Below the pieces are notes generated by a model. The model made no database searches. It was not told where the DNA came from and saw only the letters and a program-made list of their open reading frames with translations. From Patescibacteria group bacterium (lineage in GTDB: Bacteria > Patescibacteriota > Dojkabacteria > J137), in the NCBI GenBank assembly GCA_963169855.1, contig CAUJCN010000002.1, positions 5,508 through 69,507 on the forward strand: DNA of 64,000 nucleotides. The letters run 5' to 3'. How positions within the stretch are numbered: position 1 is the first letter of the stretch; every line of letters starts with the position of its first letter. A program made the translations under genes and the position numbers. Shown here piece after piece: positions 10,501-19,539 of the stretch.

Positions 10501-12656
10501 GTAAGAAGTTCAGTCAGAGTGAATTGATTGCTCAAGGTTACGATCCTAGATTAGCAGCTAATTTATGCCCGCTTCCTGGAACATCAAAAATTAACCCTGC
10601 AGCAAAAGTGTCGTGTATTACAGATATTGTAGATAACAGAGTTGAAGATGTATTAGACACAGAATTATGCCGAAGGGGTTATCAAATCAGTGATAAATGT
10701 AAACTGCAGTGTATCGCTGCTCCTGTAGACTCTAGTCCAACAACTCCTCCAGCTTCCGAAGGAGAATCAACAATTAGAAGTTTAGCTGACGTGACACCTG
10801 GACTAGCTTCACTTACAAATAGGATCGAGACAACAATGCAGCTTCCAGAAGGAATGTTAATTGCATTAATGGAAAGAGAAATTACTTCTGCAGTTAAGAC
10901 AGTACAGGGTGAGCCTTTCGAACAACTATATAGAAGATCATCTAGTGGGCAATATGTTTGGGGTCCAGCACAGTTCCATCATATTTCGTGGTATGGTTCT
11001 GAATATGCGCCGTTCAACGATGAAGGAAGATTTGGAACAGGTTATGGAGAATTAGATGGACGAGGCTTTGGTGGAAATTCTCCTCCATACATTGCAGGAA
11101 CTCAACAATGTTTAGATGCATTAGCAATTAACTATACAGATGGTCAACATCTAGAAGAAGGTAAAGCTGATGTACTTGAACGTTCGTATTTAGGATTTGC
11201 TCTTTGTGCAGCAGCAGCTAAATTGAAGAATGATTCGAGAACATTTGATAAACAAGTTACAGAATGGACACAAGACGATGTATTTAATGCATCAAGAGCT
11301 TACCTTGGAGACTGTTCTCAGTTTGGCAGAAAGTATTGTGATATTTATGTAGAAACTATTTGTAATACTTACCCAGAAAAGAATCCTATTATCTGTGAAG
11401 GAGTTCCGATTAGACCAAGCCCAGGCGGCGAAATCTGCGTTCCAATTGAGGTCGATCCAACTGACGGCTGTAACTATGCAGATATTTCTTTGAAATATCC
11501 AATGCCAAGTGTTCAACTTGTGGTATCTCAGAAATACGGAAGTAACCTACATAGTGGGGTTGACTTAGCTGCAGCTATAAATACTCCTATCGTTGCAGCA
11601 GCAGATGGCGTTGTTACTTCTATAAATAACTCTGCTCAGCAACCGGCAAATGGTGCACCACAAGATCCAAGCTCTCCTGGATATTCACAAGGTGCTGGAA
11701 ACTTTGTAAAAATTAAACATCTGCAATTCCAGACTGATAACGAAATTTGGACAAGTTACCAACATATGTCACGAGTTGAATCAGGAATAGTTCCGGGGGT
11801 GCAAGTTAAAGCAGGTCAAGTAATTGGTTACGTTGGAACAACAGGAAGGACAACTGGTCCTCACCTTCACTTTGAGCTAAGACTAAACGATTGTTATGAC
11901 GGATATGGAGAAGGTGACAATCCATTGGGAACTTGCTCAGCAGATCCGCAGCTTTATATGTATCAGGGTGATAATCCACTCCAGTGTATTCCTGGAGCTG
12001 GAACAGATTCAGACATCATGACTGGATCATTTTCATGTCCTGTAACAAGCCCGACAAGAATATCTCAGAATTCTGATGGATGTAATGCATTTGGAACTTG
12101 CGGATTCTCACATTCAAAAGATAATATCTATAATCAGTATCAACAGAAGCCCACAGATATTACTGCTCCTGGACAGCAGGTTGTTGCCCCAACAGATGGA
12201 ACAATTATCGAGATTAGAGATCCCGTGGAAACTGTAAATGCCTATCAACCGATCGGATCTATCTGTGGATTCATCAAACTTCCAGATCAGTCAGAAAGTT
12301 ACTACGATGGTGGCTTTGTTATTCATATGCTAGATTCAACAGGAAGACTATGGAGATTTGTTCATGTTGAAGGTCTTAAAGTAAACGAAGGCGATAAAGT
12401 AACAAAAGGGCAACAACTAGCCGAAGTTTATGACGGCAAGCTTGGAGTTGAAACGAACTATTCAAAGAATACGAAGTATGGAGATAAGAACTGGGAACCA
12501 TGGAGTGTAAGAAGTGATAATGCAGATGGTTGTTTTAATGTTAATAACGCTCACTTGCACTTTGCTATTATTAGCAAGGATGCAATCTCAGCACCATATT
12601 TTGAAGGAAACGAAATTGATTCGACTCCTTGGGTTAAAAAATTCTGCAGCCTATGA
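7515..12656 (+). CDS. Large membrane-anchored multi-domain cell-wall/glycan hydrolase: GH-A-like barrel, Cys-rich region, lysozyme/SLT-like domain, two M23 peptidase domains
   Basis: N-terminal TM; GPNEP and ILTEFG (clan GH-A-type); LIALMERE...GPAQF (SLT-like); HSGVDLA/YQHMS/TGPHLHFE (M23); second FVHV...AHLHFAI (M23). Confidence 0.75.
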   Translation: MSKIMDESPKRYTRSILALVVVIGLISTVGLIRDLSKQGIRPFGFIENVLAQVTQSNALSSVFVSQNEEPVLRKVFDSTDRCRPSGVNPLIPGKGGINLAALDSNTWRSVIDYSHGKNDVNEQLNMGYQLGMFTDPNDSGSAAEFIIDTSKAGMIPIVRLCYPGGCNFQIDVPLLRNPDNVQEMAAAEFQSQFATHDIVDFYKAIINELDRRIGGNKVYNEDISNLQGYEFVALVGPNEPGTAGEMQAFGIDNYDTLVRSVNEAGYYLQKLRVANGGIMYLAPGAFNLSNTQGDDLKEFFGPIERNNGGVQTTTQNGTELKVEYFDYVLGNAYDQDSTDPSHEPTTAATYVTNGNGGSGINLNYVSRKYDLPIILTEFGTFNGNMATFKYSFKQLCLNDNVEGILFFRNIAELQELSPEPRPLQVSTEVIRDMTLGCSRKITFPNCNFDTTLYATTRSLADTVPDSLAKAESFCSVVDEDYETKAAVTGGSGYRVVCGDAGNGRTHCSANAQNTLQIGLPINSFGSNSAFGTRTRQFPSYNVEAYASQSNQAVDSLNQFAGKITVGGITYPMPWLGSAIQNSSEIIMDNIHQGDVVGETLVSPGLEVYSSIADIAGDSGKGLARSVPYSTSGISKDGKIPDERTVLANDIVFDKALLSDLQALRPYNPSTFNSASEFPTYPMSCNSTGRYVSNADDYIYGPEIQLQNKAVWDGSGGRMCALVANRYGSSSPRVESLDPLNCQVLEDQFYISPSFGAISCRAALPACAQSADGINGGFCYIEPDVADQCLNFVPPDTGFRGVRVYVYSNTLDDIDAKVEIPGIYDSIFRLKDLMNREFKTNDLKLVMQEGYGWEVEVKLTTRDTSDIANQVVHQYVTTDAEKDVSNFEGEKVNMSSPNYVVRQFMPAKELSQKTNKSYIKDLEYLNQINEIRSVYLSDPNSSHPNNLSEYFSGVTNPFYDPSDTSKPNFNRQNILISDMSSQAMSYPLLSCDQVNICKKFSQSELIAQGYDPRLAANLCPLPGTSKINPAAKVSCITDIVDNRVEDVLDTELCRRGYQISDKCKLQCIAAPVDSSPTTPPASEGESTIRSLADVTPGLASLTNRIETTMQLPEGMLIALMEREITSAVKTVQGEPFEQLYRRSSSGQYVWGPAQFHHISWYGSEYAPFNDEGRFGTGYGELDGRGFGGNSPPYIAGTQQCLDALAINYTDGQHLEEGKADVLERSYLGFALCAAAAKLKNDSRTFDKQVTEWTQDDVFNASRAYLGDCSQFGRKYCDIYVETICNTYPEKNPIICEGVPIRPSPGGEICVPIEVDPTDGCNYADISLKYPMPSVQLVVSQKYGSNLHSGVDLAAAINTPIVAAADGVVTSINNSAQQPANGAPQDPSSPGYSQGAGNFVKIKHLQFQTDNEIWTSYQHMSRVESGIVPGVQVKAGQVIGYVGTTGRTTGPHLHFELRLNDCYDGYGEGDNPLGTCSADPQLYMYQGDNPLQCIPGAGTDSDIMTGSFSCPVTSPTRISQNSDGCNAFGTCGFSHSKDNIYNQYQQKPTDITAPGQQVVAPTDGTIIEIRDPVETVNAYQPIGSICGFIKLPDQSESYYDGGFVIHMLDSTGRLWRFVHVEGLKVNEGDKVTKGQQLAEVYDGKLGVETNYSKNTKYGDKNWEPWSVRSDNADGCFNVNNAHLHFAIISKDAISAPYFEGNEIDSTPWVKKFCSL

Positions 12657-13378
12657 ACACAAATTTAAACAAACAAGACAAGATTAATTACAAAGAATCT
12701 GAGGAGAAAGAAAAGAAGTGGTATCAAAGAATTACACTGCCTATGTTTGTTATGGCAACTATTACCGCAATAATAGTAATGCTTGCACTTGCAATTGTTT
12801 ACTCTGGTGTGAACAGTCTAAGACCAACACAAATCGCAGAAGGGATAGAAGAAATTAGACTTGAGTCTGCAAATGGTCAGATAGTAATGCAGTATAAACT
12901 TTACGATAATAACGGTCGTAAAGTGTTACTAATTGTCGCAAATAATATAAGTGATACAATTTCTTTAAGAAATTTAGTCAATGGAATTGTGTATTCAAAA
13001 GGCTTGACTTTAAATGATGTAGATATCGTTTTAAAAGATTTAGATGAAGATTCATCCTTATCACCGGAAGCTTATTTTGCTCAAATTGAGAATGAAGTTG
13101 ATCCTTTAAACCCATTATTTCAAAGCGATAATAATGAATTCTATCAGGGAGAAGAAACGATTGATCCAATAGATTTTAGATTATACATTCTAGCAACGAG
13201 GTACGAAGACTCTAGATTTAGAGTTGTTCAGCTTGATGAAAATACATTTAGGATTGAGCTGAAAGAAGATTTTACTGAGGAGCGCTTTAGAAATGAGTTC
13301 TTAAAAAACTTTCTAAATACTGATGGAATAACATTTATCTTTGTTGATCAGAACTCAATCAGGGAAGAAACTCCGTAA
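12653..13378 (+). CDS. Hypothetical single-TM protein
   Basis: ATGA overlap with the upstream gene; one TM helix and an acidic soluble domain. Confidence 0.7.
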   Translation: MNTNLNKQDKINYKESEEKEKKWYQRITLPMFVMATITAIIVMLALAIVYSGVNSLRPTQIAEGIEEIRLESANGQIVMQYKLYDNNGRKVLLIVANNISDTISLRNLVNGIVYSKGLTLNDVDIVLKDLDEDSSLSPEAYFAQIENEVDPLNPLFQSDNNEFYQGEETIDPIDFRLYILATRYEDSRFRVVQLDENTFRIELKEDFTEERFRNEFLKNFLNTDGITFIFVDQNSIREETP

Positions 13379-13962
13379 TCACTTTTTAGAAATATATGGA
13401 TTTCCTTTAATGCAAAATCTTAACTCCATTTCTTTGGATTTTGATATGCCAACTCTTGTTGAAGAAATCACTTCTTTTTCTAAATTCTCTGGAAGTTCAG
13501 CAATAAACACTTCGGAATCAGAACTTGTAAGATCTATTCCATCTTGAAGTTTGGTTATATCCATAGCCTTGCATAGCTTGCCTGGTCCAGTTGTGAGATC
13601 TTTGAGATTAGTTTTATCTCTGTGTTTCTGCATTATTTCTATTCCAGTTAAAGGTTGCAGTGCACGAATTAAAACGCTTCCACCTACTCCCTTTCCTTGG
13701 CAAACTGCATCAATACAATGTTGGCTATGAATTGTATGAACATATGAGTGTCCCCCTTCTAGAAAAAGTGATTATTGCTTTTAGTTTTTCCTCTAAATGC
13801 ATGTGCAGCATGATCATCCATTGCAAGATAAGCTTCTGTTTCAACTATGATTCCGCTGATAATCTGATTATTGAACTTTCGGACTAAAACTTTACCTAAA
13901 AGGTCTTTTGCAACAGTCTCTGGGTTGCGTTTATAAAATTCTCTAAGAAGAATATTATCCAT
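13379..13962 (-). pseudogene. mpg: DNA-3-methyladenine glycosylase (MPG/AAG family) with a single frameshift near 13772
   Basis: The N part (IVETEAY, AAHAFRG) continues in a shifted frame as [15 protein letters not shown]...VLIRALQP...TGPGKLCKAM...RVGIS. Confidence 0.85.
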
Positions 13963-15025
13963 GCCTGAAGACTACTATATCTCCATCTTTAACTACATAG
14001 TCCTTACCTTCTAGTCGTACTTTTCCTACATTCTTGCAATTGTTCCAACCTCCAATGTCTAGGTAGTCTTGAAAATAGCACACATCGCAAGCAATGAATT
14101 TTTTTAAGAAATCTGTATGGATTGCAGTTCCAGCCAAAGGTGCTTTCCATCCTTTCTCAATTGTCCAAGCTCTAACCTCTTCTGGTCCTTCGGTAAAGTA
14201 TGAAATCAATCCAAGAAGATCATAAGCTGCTCTAGTTAATCTTTCTAAACCTGTTTCTTGTAAACCAAGTTCATCCATGAACATTTTCCTGTCAGCTTCG
14301 TTCATTGTTGCTAAATCGTATTCTGTTTTAATATCCATTGTAATGTAGTTCTGATTCTCTAAGATTTCTTTTAGAGGTTCCATGTCTGCATCTTTTGTTG
14401 CATTCACAAGGAAAATTACTGGTTTATCAGTTATCAAGAATAATCCTTTTCTTTCTTTCGCAGCATCTTCGTCTTCAGGTAATGGGAAATCTTTAGCTAA
14501 TTTACCTTCTTCTAAATGTTTGCTTAATTCAGTCAAATGTTCCGATAGTGCTCCTAACACTTTATCGAACTTTGCTTTACTTCCAATTCCAGCTTGTCTG
14601 TTAGCAACTGTCTCCATGTCTTTCAAAATTAATTCAGTATTGATTAATTCGATATCTCTTGTAGGATTTACAGAATTTTCTACATGTGTGATGTTTGAAT
14701 TATCGAAAGCTCTGATTACCTGAACAATAGCGTCAACTTCTTTGATATGACTTAAGAATTTGTTTCCCAATCCAGCACCGCTAGCAGCTCCTTTAACAAG
14801 CCCAGCAATGTCTACAAACTCTATTACAGCAGGTGTAGTTCGAGCTGGTTTTGCAATATTTGCAATGTCGAACAGTCTTTTATCTGCAACAGCAACAATC
14901 CCAACATTAGGATCAATTGTACAGAAAGGATAGTTTTCTGCAGGTACACTTTGCTTAGTTAAAGCATTAAATAATGTTGATTTTCCCACGTTCGGCAAGC
15001 CAACAATTCCAAGTTTTAAATTCAT
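13955..15025 (-). CDS. ychF: Ribosome-binding ATPase YchF
   Basis: [34 protein letters not shown] domain. Confidence 0.97.
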   Translation of the reverse strand: MNLKLGIVGLPNVGKSTLFNALTKQSVPAENYPFCTIDPNVGIVAVADKRLFDIANIAKPARTTPAVIEFVDIAGLVKGAASGAGLGNKFLSHIKEVDAIVQVIRAFDNSNITHVENSVNPTRDIELINTELILKDMETVANRQAGIGSKAKFDKVLGALSEHLTELSKHLEEGKLAKDFPLPEDEDAAKERKGLFLITDKPVIFLVNATKDADMEPLKEILENQNYITMDIKTEYDLATMNEADRKMFMDELGLQETGLERLTRAAYDLLGLISYFTEGPEEVRAWTIEKGWKAPLAGTAIHTDFLKKFIACDVCYFQDYLDIGGWNNCKNVGKVRLEGKDYVVKDGDIVVFRHG

Positions 15026-15082
15026 AAGATCGTATTAATAACAAAGCATTATAGCACTTATGGATAAGATGAAATTGGGAAT

Positions 15083-15490
15083 CTAGTTAGAAACTCTGTT
15101 AACCAAGATATCGAGAACTTCAGTATTTCCATCTAATTTTGACTGTATGGTAACAAGCTGACTTCCTGGTTCTAAATCTATGATGGTTGTGTAGACATTA
15201 TTCCTACTAGAAGTGAATTCTTCGTTATTGACTAAAACTTCATCTCCGTTAGTTCTAAATTGTACTGTAATAGATTCCGAAGAAGTTTCGAACTGATTTG
15301 TTTCTGGAGTAAGGAGCTCAATAAAAAGCTCTTGAGAATTTTGATTAGTAGTTTGAGTTGTATCTTCAACAGAATTTGTAACTTCTTTGTTATTAGCAAA
15401 TGCATGAGCAAGAGCAAAAATGTTCAAGAAAACTAGAACTATCAAAGTTATGTAAATTGTCCTTCTTTGAGAAGTTGTAAAAGAATCCAT
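15083..15490 (-). CDS. Hypothetical protein, N-terminal TM plus small Ig-like domain
   Basis: TM helix, low-complexity linker, beta-rich C-terminus (IDLEPGSQLVTI). Confidence 0.65.
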   Translation of the reverse strand: MDSFTTSQRRTIYITLIVLVFLNIFALAHAFANNKEVTNSVEDTTQTTNQNSQELFIELLTPETNQFETSSESITVQFRTNGDEVLVNNEEFTSSRNNVYTTIIDLEPGSQLVTIQSKLDGNTEVLDILVNRVSN

Positions 15491-15528
15491 GAATAAAGTT
15501 TACAACTTTACTCAATATGTTCCAAGTA

Positions 15529-16020
15529 TTAGTTCTTGTAAATGATTTCTTCTATAGGAAGATCCTTTGGATAATCAAAGTTTCCTTCAGGCAGTTGATA
15601 ATCTGGTTGAACATAAGCCAAAGTAATTCGAGGCTTAAATTCGTATCTTCTGAAAGGATCTTGATCAAAAACATTAAAACTTTTTGCGATTGATGCTAGA
15701 GAACCATCTTCGTCTATAACTTCTACCATTAATACTTTGTACATTCCTTGAAAACCAGTTTTCACAAAAAGCCTACCTAATTTGATTGTTTTGACATCTA
15801 AGGAGTCAAGCCTTGTTTTCATTGAATCTCTGTTAATGTGATCGTCTAAAAGTCCAAAAACAAAAGTCAAATGTAACTTGTCTGTTACGTTTCCGTTAAT
15901 TCTTGGAACGGTATCAGATTTGTAAAAGTCCGATGGTTTACATACTTGATTTACTAATTCAGTGAATTTTGATGCAGTATCTTTTTCAATAACTGCCACA
16001 ACATGTCCTTCGTTTCCCAT
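15529..16020 (-). CDS. 2H phosphoesterase family (Acb1/LigT-like), second HxT replaced by RxT
   Basis: LHLT and FKPRITLAY; clear paralog of 58420-58962. Confidence 0.7.
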   Translation of the reverse strand: MGNEGHVVAVIEKDTASKFTELVNQVCKPSDFYKSDTVPRINGNVTDKLHLTFVFGLLDDHINRDSMKTRLDSLDVKTIKLGRLFVKTGFQGMYKVLMVEVIDEDGSLASIAKSFNVFDQDPFRRYEFKPRITLAYVQPDYQLPEGNFDYPKDLPIEEIIYKN

Positions 16021-16127
16021 AGTTGAAATTTAATATTTACAACTTATTATACGCCAGAATCGCTAAGTGCAGGAATAAAATTTTGTATTGGTATATAATA
16101 TTATGGTAATAAATGTGCATTTAAGTC

Positions 16128-16634
16128 ATGAATCAAGATTATCCATACAGATACGGTGCGATAGGAGTAATTGTTAATAACCAGGGAAAATTTCTTGTAG
16201 TAAATGTACTTGGTTATAAGCCAGGAGATTTTGATTTTGTTGGTGGTGGAAGAGAAGGCAGTGAAACTCCAGAAGAAAACCTCTACAGAGAAATTTATGA
16301 AGAATTAGGATTGTCACCAAACAATTTTAGATTGATTGGCCAAAGCAATCACAAGCTTTCGTTTGATTTCAAAGGCGGGTTTAGAGAATTCGATACTCCG
16401 AGTGGTAAAGTTAAGTATAAAGGACAAATTAAGGATGCATTTGTACTTGAATTTGTAGGTAACGAAATGGATATAAAGCCAGCTGTTGATCAGGTAAGAG
16501 AATATAAATGGATTGATGCTAGCGAACTAAAAACTCATTTGAACTTTAGGGGGCAATTTGAAGATGCGATTACAATAATTCAAGATGTTATTCCTGAGTA
16601 CCTGAAAGAAGGTGATGAAATAAAGTTTATTTGA
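16128..16634 (+). CDS. NUDIX hydrolase (RppH-like)
   Basis: Nudix box GGREGSETPEENLYREIYEELG; YKGQ. Confidence 0.88.
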   Translation: MNQDYPYRYGAIGVIVNNQGKFLVVNVLGYKPGDFDFVGGGREGSETPEENLYREIYEELGLSPNNFRLIGQSNHKLSFDFKGGFREFDTPSGKVKYKGQIKDAFVLEFVGNEMDIKPAVDQVREYKWIDASELKTHLNFRGQFEDAITIIQDVIPEYLKEGDEIKFI

Positions 16635-16752
16635 TAAAATCATGTAAAAGCCAGAAGTTTAAAGCTAAATGGCACGATATTTTCAAGTATCTCGAAGAAT
16701 GAAATTTGTATTTTAATCTTTGAATCTTTATATTTTTAATTTTTTAGTAATT

Positions 16753-17463
16753 ATGGCAAATCTACCAATAACTCCATCTTCATACATGCCTAACTTGTTA
16801 CACATTGTTCCACCATACACTGGCGAAGAACGAACTGTAGTTAATGCGATTGTGGAAGTAAACTCAAACTCAATTAACAAATACGAAATAATTACAGAAA
16901 CAGGTCATCTTAAATTAGATAGAGTTGGATATTCAAGTCTAGCGTATCCTTTTACTTACGGTGCAATTCCTAGAACCTGGGATTTGGACGGAGATCCTTT
17001 AGATGTGGTTATTGTAAATGTAGCAGAGCCTTTGATCCCTGGATCACTTGTTGAAGCAAGAATTATTGGAGTTATGAAATTCGTTGATGGAGGAGAAGTT
17101 GATGATAAAGTTATTGCAGTTTTAAACGATGATAAAAGAGTCGATCATATCAAAACTATTGCTGACTTAGGCGAATACTGGGTAAAGGAAGCAACCTACT
17201 ACTGGGAACATTACAAAGATTTAAAGAAACCAGGCACTGGGAAAGTGGAAGGATTCTTCGATTTAGAAGTAGCTCAACAGGTTATTAACGAATGTGCAGA
17301 TAGATATGTAGAAGATTTTCTACCAAAGCTAGATGCTGATAGCTCATGCGCTTGTGGCTGTGAAGGATGCGAAGATTGCGATTGCGAAAATTGCCAGGAA
17401 GATCAAGAAGGACATTGTCATTGCGACTGTGAAGCTTGTGCATCTCAACATGTAGCTCACTAA
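16753..17463 (+). CDS. ppa: Family I inorganic pyrophosphatase with Cys/His-rich C-terminal tail
   Basis: NKYE, LDR, YGAIPRT, DGDPLD, DDK, HYKDL; ATG at 16753. Confidence 0.92.
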   Translation: MANLPITPSSYMPNLLHIVPPYTGEERTVVNAIVEVNSNSINKYEIITETGHLKLDRVGYSSLAYPFTYGAIPRTWDLDGDPLDVVIVNVAEPLIPGSLVEARIIGVMKFVDGGEVDDKVIAVLNDDKRVDHIKTIADLGEYWVKEATYYWEHYKDLKKPGTGKVEGFFDLEVAQQVINECADRYVEDFLPKLDADSSCACGCEGCEDCDCENCQEDQEGHCHCDCEACASQHVAH

Positions 17464-17483
17464 TAAAAATCTGCTAGAATGTG

Positions 17484-17517
17484 AACCGAGGATTCAAAAG
17501 ATCTTCGGTTTTTATTT
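17484..17517 (+). terminator. Intrinsic terminator after ppa
   Basis: AACCGAGGAT-loop-ATCTTCGGTT followed by a T-rich tract. Confidence 0.7.
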
Positions 17518-17531
17518 GTTACTTTCTCAGC

Positions 17532-18077
17532 ATGATAGTTCCTATTAACGAAGTTTTAGAAAATAATTGGCTTACTGGCAGAGACATTGGTAATGGAGAT
17601 GGACTAGTAGAACCAGAAGGAGCGGCGATTGATGTAAGGTTAGGAGAGATTTGGGAAATGGATCCAAATTCGGAGGCTTTTTTAGGCAAAACAACTAGAA
17701 AAACTAGAGAATATAAAAAAGTTGCAGAATACGATCCTGCACAAGAAGACAACTGGTTTACACTTGAACCAAATAAATACTATCAATTCAAGACAGTAGA
17801 AACTATGGATGTGCCACAAACTATTGTGGCTAGATTCGTTGCAAGATACAATGTACTGGCTAATGGAATAATGGTTTTAGGTTACAAAGCAGATCCTGGT
17901 TACCAAGGGCCATTCGTTGTTCCAATTATCAATCTTTCTGGAGTACCATTTAAAATGGAGCTAGGATGCAGATTTGCTCAATTTGAATTCCATAGAGTTG
18001 ATGGTGATGGAGTTATGTATAGAGGTCAATGGAAAGGAGGCAGAGTTTACACTAAAGAAGAAGAGGTTCAAGTTTAA
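17532..18077 (+). CDS. dcd: dCTP deaminase / trimeric dUTPase family
   Basis: IDVRLG, ADPGYQG, RFAQFEF, YRGQW; ATG at 17532. Confidence 0.8.
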   Translation: MIVPINEVLENNWLTGRDIGNGDGLVEPEGAAIDVRLGEIWEMDPNSEAFLGKTTRKTREYKKVAEYDPAQEDNWFTLEPNKYYQFKTVETMDVPQTIVARFVARYNVLANGIMVLGYKADPGYQGPFVVPIINLSGVPFKMELGCRFAQFEFHRVDGDGVMYRGQWKGGRVYTKEEEVQV

Positions 18078-18092
18078 AATTCCCCTATAGTA

Positions 18093-18120
18093 TTGCAATC
18101 GTATACAAAAGTGCTACAAT
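18093..18120 (+). promoter_or_regulatory. Sigma70 promoter giving a probable leaderless transcript
   Basis: TTGCAA-16 nt-TACAAT with TG extension; the expected +1 falls at or near the ATG at 18127. Confidence 0.6.
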
Positions 18121-18126
18121 AACTGC

Positions 18127-18222
18127 ATGAAAAATAATTTAAAGCTGACAAACTCATGGTCAAAGCATTCAACAAGAATGTTTAGATATCTACACCTTGT
18201 AGAGCCAGGAGCTGTAAGTTAG
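18127..18222 (+). CDS. Putative attenuator leader peptide MKNNLKLTNSWSKHSTRMFRYLHLVEPGAVS
   Basis: 31-codon ORF right behind the promoter; its CCAGGAG (18205-18211) is complementary to CTCCTGG (18250-18256) in the downstream terminator. Confidence 0.65.
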   Translation: MKNNLKLTNSWSKHSTRMFRYLHLVEPGAVS

Positions 18223-18247
18223 TTAGCAAATATTTTTCAACTAAAAG

Positions 18248-18271
18248 ACCTCCTGGAAAGGAGGTTTTTTT
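18248..18271 (+). terminator. Attenuator terminator upstream of a three-gene operon
   Basis: ACCTCC-TGGAAA-GGAGGT followed by a T run. Confidence 0.8.
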
Positions 18272-18375
18272 ATACCTTATTTTTATTCCTGAAATGAATT
18301 CAGGATTATAAGGATTTTACTTATTCCCGTAACACGTACGGGATTATGTAGAAGTTTATTTTTTATTATTATTTT

Positions 18376-19539
18376 ATGAGCAAAGCTCAACAAGAAATAC
18401 AATCTGTATTCGGTGCTATTCCGGTTGCAGAAGCTTTGGCGAACCCAACATTGGTTCTCGCCGACGGATCAAGTTCGTCTCCGAATTTGCGTTCGTTAGA
18501 AATGGTGTTAACAGCAATATTCGTTAGCAGATACACCGGTGAGGTTGTAACAAATTTCTATCATGGTTCTTCTTTTAGAGAAACTGCTGACAATACTTGT
18601 CTGTGGTTGAGAAAGATGGGCTTCAAGTTAGACAGAGGTTTGTTAGAGCTTCACTTTAATAGATACTTTGGTGATCCGCAGTTGCGTATAGACAACATTG
18701 CTCAGAAAATGAGAAGTAAAGGCAAAAGTGAAGAAAGCATCCAAAGGAGAATTGATTCGTTTGTATGCAATTTGCCAGTTTCTGTCTTTTCAAAAGATGG
18801 AAAAAGTCTGGTCGATCTTATTCAGACCACTAGAGAAGAAACAACAGAATTTATTTCAAATCAATTGGATTTGCAGAAACAAGGGAGTTTTATTGTAGAG
18901 AAAGCATCTGAGATGTTCGGATCAATAACTCCAAATGATGTAATTAGTAATACTGATTCTGAATTTCTAGCAAGATATCCTGTAATGAAAATCTGCTGCC
19001 CAGAGTGCTCGTTAAGTAATGAAGATGAGCCCATCGAGCACGGAGTTTCTGCAGATGGACAAATCTTTCAAAGTGTTGGAGGTGTTTCAACAAATGGGAA
19101 AATTGCTCAGAACTGTTCGTTTATAAAGAACTTAAATGAGTTCTTGTCGGGACAAACTGTTCTAGACCTTCCCGTAAGAGAGTTAATAAACATGGGTTTC
19201 AAAATTAGTGGAAAATTAATCTATTTATTAGAAACATTCTTGTACAAAAACCCAAACATAACTCAAGCAGTAAGAGCGTACTCAAATCCAAACGGAACTA
19301 TTTCTAAAGCGGCGTCAACTTACGAAGGATTAACAATCCTAACTCCGCCTTTGTACATTTATGTTTGCGATAACGGTGAGATGCGGGATGCAAACATTTT
19401 TGAGTTGATGGAGTTTATTGCAGACGGAGAAGGATTGCTACTTCTCAAAGAATTTGTATCACAGATACCGTTAGTAGACGATGGTGTTAAAAGAGTTTTA
19501 GACATTTCTAGTAAACAGATTTTAGTAACTGAATTATGA
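18376..19539 (+). CDS. Uncharacterised protein; possibly a divergent Rossmann-fold (class I aaRS-like) ligase with a Zn site
   Basis: 387 aa. Beta-strand/loop LVLADGSSSSP, LPVS segment and YPVMKICCPEC are loosely reminiscent of class I LysRS. No canonical HIGH/KMSKS. Confidence 0.4.
   Translation: MSKAQQEIQSVFGAIPVAEALANPTLVLADGSSSSPNLRSLEMVLTAIFVSRYTGEVVTNFYHGSSFRETADNTCLWLRKMGFKLDRGLLELHFNRYFGDPQLRIDNIAQKMRSKGKSEESIQRRIDSFVCNLPVSVFSKDGKSLVDLIQTTREETTEFISNQLDLQKQGSFIVEKASEMFGSITPNDVISNTDSEFLARYPVMKICCPECSLSNEDEPIEHGVSADGQIFQSVGGVSTNGKIAQNCSFIKNLNEFLSGQTVLDLPVRELINMGFKISGKLIYLLETFLYKNPNITQAVRAYSNPNGTISKAASTYEGLTILTPPLYIYVCDNGEMRDANIFELMEFIADGEGLLLLKEFVSQIPLVDDGVKRVLDISSKQILVTEL

Noticed and set aside
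13660-13887. 75-aa + strand ORF
   Set aside because: Antisense to the frameshifted mpg gene
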